A stretch of DNA of 64,000 bases. Source: Candidatus Poribacteria bacterium (lineage in GTDB: Bacteria; Poribacteria; WGA-4E; UBA9662). This document shows positions 60,060-64,000 of this stretch, piece after piece. The DNA lies in contig JAYZAL010000005.1 in the NCBI GenBank assembly GCA_036339735.1, positions 32,001 through 96,000 of the forward strand, read 5' to 3'. Positions within the stretch are counted from its first letter, which is position 1. Each line of letters begins with the position of its first letter. The notes under the pieces are model-generated. The model was not told where the DNA came from. It made no database searches and was given only the letters and a program-made list of their open reading frames with translations. A program made the position numbers and the translations under genes.

Positions 60060-60587
60060 TCAAGAAACGATGGTACTTGCTTTTCTCATCTTTTGTTCAC
60101 GCTTTCTCCAAATAAAAATGAAGGACTTTGCTAAATCTGCGGTGCGACTAGTAACCCATTGGTTAACTTCCCGTATTGAAAACCATCTGCCATCTGAGAC
60201 TTCTTCTGGATGTAATTGAAATGGCCCCTGATGCTGGCATTCGTATAGCCAAACAAACTCTTGTTCAGTTTGAGGACAAGCATCTAGTTTGAACAATTTC
60301 TTTGGTATTTCAGGCAAAAGTATTCCTAGTTCTTCCTTGGCTTCTCTAATGACAGCAGTATCATAATCTTCGCCAGTATCAACATGGCCAGAGACCGAAG
60401 CACCCCACTGACCAGGAGAGTAATCTTTTTTCATAGAGCGTTTTTGAAGGAATAGTTGTCCAGAATCATTAAAGATTAATAATGAAACGGATCGGTGTCT
60501 TAAGCCTAGCTGATGAATTTTACAACGACTGTGTTGGCCAATTACTCGATCATACTGATCAACAATATCAAAAATTTCTTCACTCAT
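60060..60587 (-). CDS. NUDIX hydrolase (IPP-isomerase/YfcD-like)
   Basis: H..GL.HR, LQKRS..KD..PG.W, GHVD.GE....A..REA.EELG. Confidence 0.88.
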   Translation of the reverse strand: MSEEIFDIVDQYDRVIGQHSRCKIHQLGLRHRSVSLLIFNDSGQLFLQKRSMKKDYSPGQWGASVSGHVDTGEDYDTAVIREAKEELGILLPEIPKKLFKLDACPQTEQEFVWLYECQHQGPFQLHPEEVSDGRWFSIREVNQWVTSRTADLAKSFIFIWRKREQKMRKASTIVS

Positions 60588-60657
60588 AGTAACCTTGTAT
60601 TATTCTCTTTGCTTAACTTTATTATATTCGGCATTCGTGTTTAGGCCTGATATGATC

Positions 60658-60687
60658 TTGCATTTCTTTGAAAATAATTGCTATATT
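60658..60687 (+). promoter_or_regulatory. Putative promoter of terminal operon
   Basis: TTGCAT-N18-TATATT with extended -10 TG. Confidence 0.45.
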
Positions 60688-60775
60688 GTTAGCCTAAGTT
60701 GTACGTATTAAATATTTATTGATATTATGGGAATTTTGTACAGTAGAAAATTTCATAATCATGGGAGTGATTGGA

Positions 60776-61078
60776 ATGCGAGTTATTGCTGATTTATGTA
60801 TAGTCCCAATGGGTGTTGGTGTGTCAGTTTCGAGTTATGTGGCAGCCTGTGCTGTAGTCATTCAGGAATCGGGTTTGTCTCATCACCTACATGCTTATGG
60901 TACTAATATAGAAGGTGAGTGGGATACAGTATTTCGGACTATAAAAAAGTGCCATGAGGTAGTACATGAGATGGGAGCACCACGTATCAATACCACTTTG
61001 AAAATCGGTACTAGGACTGATAGGCTGCAGACAATGCAAGATAAAGTGGAAAGTGTTGAACTCAAAATAGATCAATGA
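60776..61078 (+). CDS. MTH1187 family thiamine-binding protein
   Basis: D..IVP.G...SVS.YV, HAYGTNIEGEWD, GAPRI...KIGTRTDR; start at ATG 60776. Confidence 0.9.
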   Translation: MRVIADLCIVPMGVGVSVSSYVAACAVVIQESGLSHHLHAYGTNIEGEWDTVFRTIKKCHEVVHEMGAPRINTTLKIGTRTDRLQTMQDKVESVELKIDQ

Positions 61079-61091
61079 GCTATTCTATTCA

Positions 61092-61826
61092 ATGCTGACC
61101 GTTACAGAGCTATCAAAAACGATTGCAGACCAAGAGATTTTGACAAACCTGTCTTTCGACCTTAGAGATGGCGATCGGCTGGCTGTGGTTGGACCCAATG
61201 GTAGCGGAAAAAGTTTGTTATTGTCAATGTTAGCGACCTTGGTTAAACCAACAAAGGGTAAAGTCCACTTTGATGGTCTGGACATGTGGTCTAATTTAAG
61301 TTCTATTCGCCCGCAGATTGGTTATTTGGCACCAGTACCGTTGCAAGCCTTGGACTCAATTCAAATGACCAACCTGACAGTTATTGAGTATCTCAAATTT
61401 TATGCCCAGATTTACGGAATCAAAAAAAACATAAGATCTAGCTTAATCCAAGGTACACTGGAACTAACCGACTTGGTTTTGGTTAAAGACCAATTACTAG
61501 TGGAACTTTCTCTTGGCCAGCAAACCCGAACTGTTTTAGCTAAAAATGTTCTGCATGATCCAAAATTATGGTTATTAGACGATCCTCTTTCTCAAATGGA
61601 TCCTCACGGCCAAATTGAACTCCTCGAACTTATCATGGAATTGGGAAAAATGAAAAAAATGGTTGTCTTATCGACAAATCATCTAAATATAATTCAGGAA
61701 GTTTGTAATCGGGTGGCCATCTTGTATAAAGAAAAATTGGTATATTTTGGATCTATGCCATCCGATTTACCCTCTAGTTATCAACAATTGGTAAAACCTG
61801 AAATGGTCGTAGATCCGACTAATTAG
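61092..61826 (+). CDS. ABC transporter ATP-binding protein (degenerate motifs)
   Basis: GPNGSGKS, LSLGQ signature, LLDDP Walker B. Confidence 0.88.
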   Translation: MLTVTELSKTIADQEILTNLSFDLRDGDRLAVVGPNGSGKSLLLSMLATLVKPTKGKVHFDGLDMWSNLSSIRPQIGYLAPVPLQALDSIQMTNLTVIEYLKFYAQIYGIKKNIRSSLIQGTLELTDLVLVKDQLLVELSLGQQTRTVLAKNVLHDPKLWLLDDPLSQMDPHGQIELLELIMELGKMKKMVVLSTNHLNIIQEVCNRVAILYKEKLVYFGSMPSDLPSSYQQLVKPEMVVDPTN

Positions 61827-61834
61827 AGATTTCA

Positions 61835-62542
61835 ATGGCAGTTATAATTCAGTTTGGATGCGGATTTTTATCTGCAATGGCAATTTCTATCCCATTGATC
61901 TGGTGGTTGGGTTTTGGACAAGTTCGACACCCGTTAAGTATTGTCGGATCCATATCCATCTTATTAGCGAGTGTATATATTCTACGTTCTAAAGGGATTG
62001 TCCAATTTGGTAAACGCCAAATTTGGATTCGATTTCACAGAATCTTAGCCAGTTTTGGGTTGACGCTTATTTTTATCCACGGGGCCTTCAAGCCTACTTA
62101 CTGGTATTCTTGGTTACCTCTCACATTGGCTCTTGGTAGTCTAGTTACAGGTCTAATGATTTCGATAGCTAAGATTCGGGACAGAAAACGTATCCGACTG
62201 ATTCACTCTTTTTTGTCCCCCTTTCTGCTGACAAGCATTGTCTTACATGGTATTAAAAAAATGGATCATGACAAATTTTTTCCCTTATCTGGAGAACACC
62301 AAGTAGCTTGTACCCAATGCCATACAGGTTCCAACTATATAGATTATACTTGTTTAACATGTCATGCTCATAATAACCCGGAAGTACTAGAGCCACATTC
62401 TATTCATGGTGTTATTCCTTATAACCCGACCTCAACCGATGTTCAAGTAATCGCTCAATGTCTTGATTGTCACCAGACCGAGATTAATAAAACAGAATAT
62501 GGGAAAAAACGTGCCAATTGGCATTATAACCCTTCATATTAA
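61835..62542 (+). CDS. Membrane protein with two H-x13-H helices and three CxxCH motifs
   Basis: HRILASFGLTLIFIH and HSFLSPFLLTSIVLH; CTQCH, CLTCH, CLDCH. Confidence 0.8.
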   Translation: MAVIIQFGCGFLSAMAISIPLIWWLGFGQVRHPLSIVGSISILLASVYILRSKGIVQFGKRQIWIRFHRILASFGLTLIFIHGAFKPTYWYSWLPLTLALGSLVTGLMISIAKIRDRKRIRLIHSFLSPFLLTSIVLHGIKKMDHDKFFPLSGEHQVACTQCHTGSNYIDYTCLTCHAHNNPEVLEPHSIHGVIPYNPTSTDVQVIAQCLDCHQTEINKTEYGKKRANWHYNPSY

Positions 62543-64000
62543 CCATATTTTTAGGTTCAGATTCGAAATCCTACTCTTTCTTCTTTGCTTGGGTTTGTTA
62601 AGTTGTCGAGCCAATGATAATTTTGTTAGCCAGACAACCAACAATATAATTACTTTTATGCCAACGGGGGTAGATATTGAATTAGAGAAAAGCAGTATCA
62701 TAAAATCGATAACAGTTTTTGATGACAAACAAATTCAGATTAGCTCTATAGCTTTTTCCGGTCCACCAGCAAAAATAGAAAAAGTTTACTTCAATTGGTC
62801 ATCAGGCAAGATTTATAGTTTCCGATTCCAAACAGAAACACAAATTTATTGGCAAAAAGAAACTGCACCCATAAAATCTCAGAAAGGTCGATTGGAACTT
62901 GGTATACCATTTCTTTCACCTAACTCAAATTTTAACAAAAATCAAAAAACACCTGTGATTTTGCTCCAAAAAGCCCAAACACAGTTATCTGTACAAATCA
63001 CAAACGGAACGGTTGCATCATCGACCTATCACTTGAAAATTAAACTTCCAAATGGAATTCCAATCATTGTTAACGGACGATTTACCTCTCCATATCAGAA
63101 ATGGCATAATTACTACCCGATTCAAATAGAAAGTACTGTTCCCAATGGACATATCGTGGCCAATTTACAGATAAAGCCGACTCTTAAAAATGAGGGAAGA
63201 AATTGGAATACAAGTCAACGGATTTTTTTTCAAACTAAAACAATTGACGAATTACAGTCTTCTATTTCGATAGAAGAAGCTCATCTACCAACCAGCGTAT
63301 CTGGTGACTTATTAACCCATCTACAACCAAATACCCTTACACTACCCGGATACCTTGAGACCTTACTGCCACAGAAACATATAGATGATAGCTTCCCAGT
63401 TACCTTCCAAACCATCTACATTCGCAACAATCTGTCGGCAACTATACCAATCTTAGTTTCAGCAATGGTTCAGGAGAGGAATACCAAGAAGCCAATAATT
63501 TTTCTTTCACCCCCTTCGGATGTTCGATCTCAAAAACATCAGAGCTTTTCGGTGATCAATTTAGAACCACTTACTAGCAATGCTGTAAGTCTACCTCTAT
63601 ATGTAAACCCGAATCTAACTCCTAAACCCGGTAATTACCAACGAAAAGTCCAAGTACAACTTTGGGGAGTAGAAACCATAGTTGATCAGGCCTTGTTCCC
63701 TTTGAAAATAATTTTGCCAAATCGATTATCCTTCTTAGTAACAGTATTAGCCACAATTTGGGGAATATTGGGGTTAAGTTATTTGATCGCCAATTGGGAA
63801 CAACTGATAGCAAAACTTAGTAATAAAAATCTAATTCTAATTTCATTTTTCGGCGCCATTATCTTTGGATTTGTGAATCTACCATCTACTTTTTTGATTA
63901 GTCTATCCAATTTTCTTTTAGGGCCTTTCTCTTTTCTTATCACCGCATTCTTTAACGAGATTTTGTACTTCACATTGCTAGTTGCATTATTGACAATAGT
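62499..64000 (+). CDS. Large lipoprotein-signal/polytopic membrane protein (3'-truncated; not in ORF track)
   Basis: Frame is open from ATG 62499 (or GTG 62511) to the window end. LLCLGLLSC lipobox, ~390-aa beta-rich soluble region, then several TM helices. Confidence 0.75.
   Translation, partial: MGKNVPIGIITLHINHIFRFRFEILLFLLCLGLLSCRANDNFVSQTTNNIITFMPTGVDIELEKSSIIKSITVFDDKQIQISSIAFSGPPAKIEKVYFNWSSGKIYSFRFQTETQIYWQKETAPIKSQKGRLELGIPFLSPNSNFNKNQKTPVILLQKAQTQLSVQITNGTVASSTYHLKIKLPNGIPIIVNGRFTSPYQKWHNYYPIQIESTVPNGHIVANLQIKPTLKNEGRNWNTSQRIFFQTKTIDELQSSISIEEAHLPTSVSGDLLTHLQPNTLTLPGYLETLLPQKHIDDSFPVTFQTIYIRNNLSATIPILVSAMVQERNTKKPIIFLSPPSDVRSQKHQSFSVINLEPLTSNAVSLPLYVNPNLTPKPGNYQRKVQVQLWGVETIVDQALFPLKIILPNRLSFLVTVLATIWGILGLSYLIANWEQLIAKLSNKNLILISFFGAIIFGFVNLPSTFLISLSNFLLGPFSFLITAFFNEILYFTLLVALLTI

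Noticed and set aside
60588-60775. TPP riboswitch before the thiamine-binding gene (or before thiE)
   Set aside because: No CTGAGA-containing aptamer core is visible here, and thiE has only a 4-bp upstream gap.

Overview
AT-rich (roughly high-30s % GC by eye), gene-dense bacterial chromosome segment made mostly of core housekeeping and bioenergetic genes. I found no phage, IS, integrase or CRISPR array. Content in order: TPR protein, thiE, DUF309, a large polytopic membrane protein; sdhCAB plus an unannotated 57-aa membrane peptide; SDR, orphan pseudopilin, NHL protein; rpsB-tsf-frr-cdsA-dxr-rseP-udg-priA (pyrH and uppS absent from their usual places); iscS, a cytochrome c/copper-monooxygenase fusion lipoprotein and mrp; NUDIX, vWA, cytochrome c-WD40 and 2H-phosphoesterase genes; hisD and murA. 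Next is an ~18-kb co-oriented block: structured ~200-nt RNA candidate, nqrABCDEF-apbE-nqrM, PhyH-family dioxygenase, putative Na+/H+ antiporter, full F1Fo operon. The window ends with a sugar-phosphate cluster (pgi, epimerase, nagB, PfkB kinase), tRNA-Leu(CAA), M24 peptidase, a LecA-like protein, an esterase and a terminal operon with a heme b/heme c membrane protein. The mix of gene families suggests a marine diderm such as Candidatus Poribacteria (inference only). Most promising leads: (1) the cytochrome c-fused PHM/DBH-type copper monooxygenase between iscS and a CxxC-less Mrp; (2) the Na+-NQR / antiporter / apparently H+-type ATP synthase block and its upstream RNA; (3) a promoter bracketed by 16-bp inverted repeats; (4) a compact di-heme-b plus tri-heme-c membrane protein. 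All family assignments come from motif recognition by eye, not database searches.
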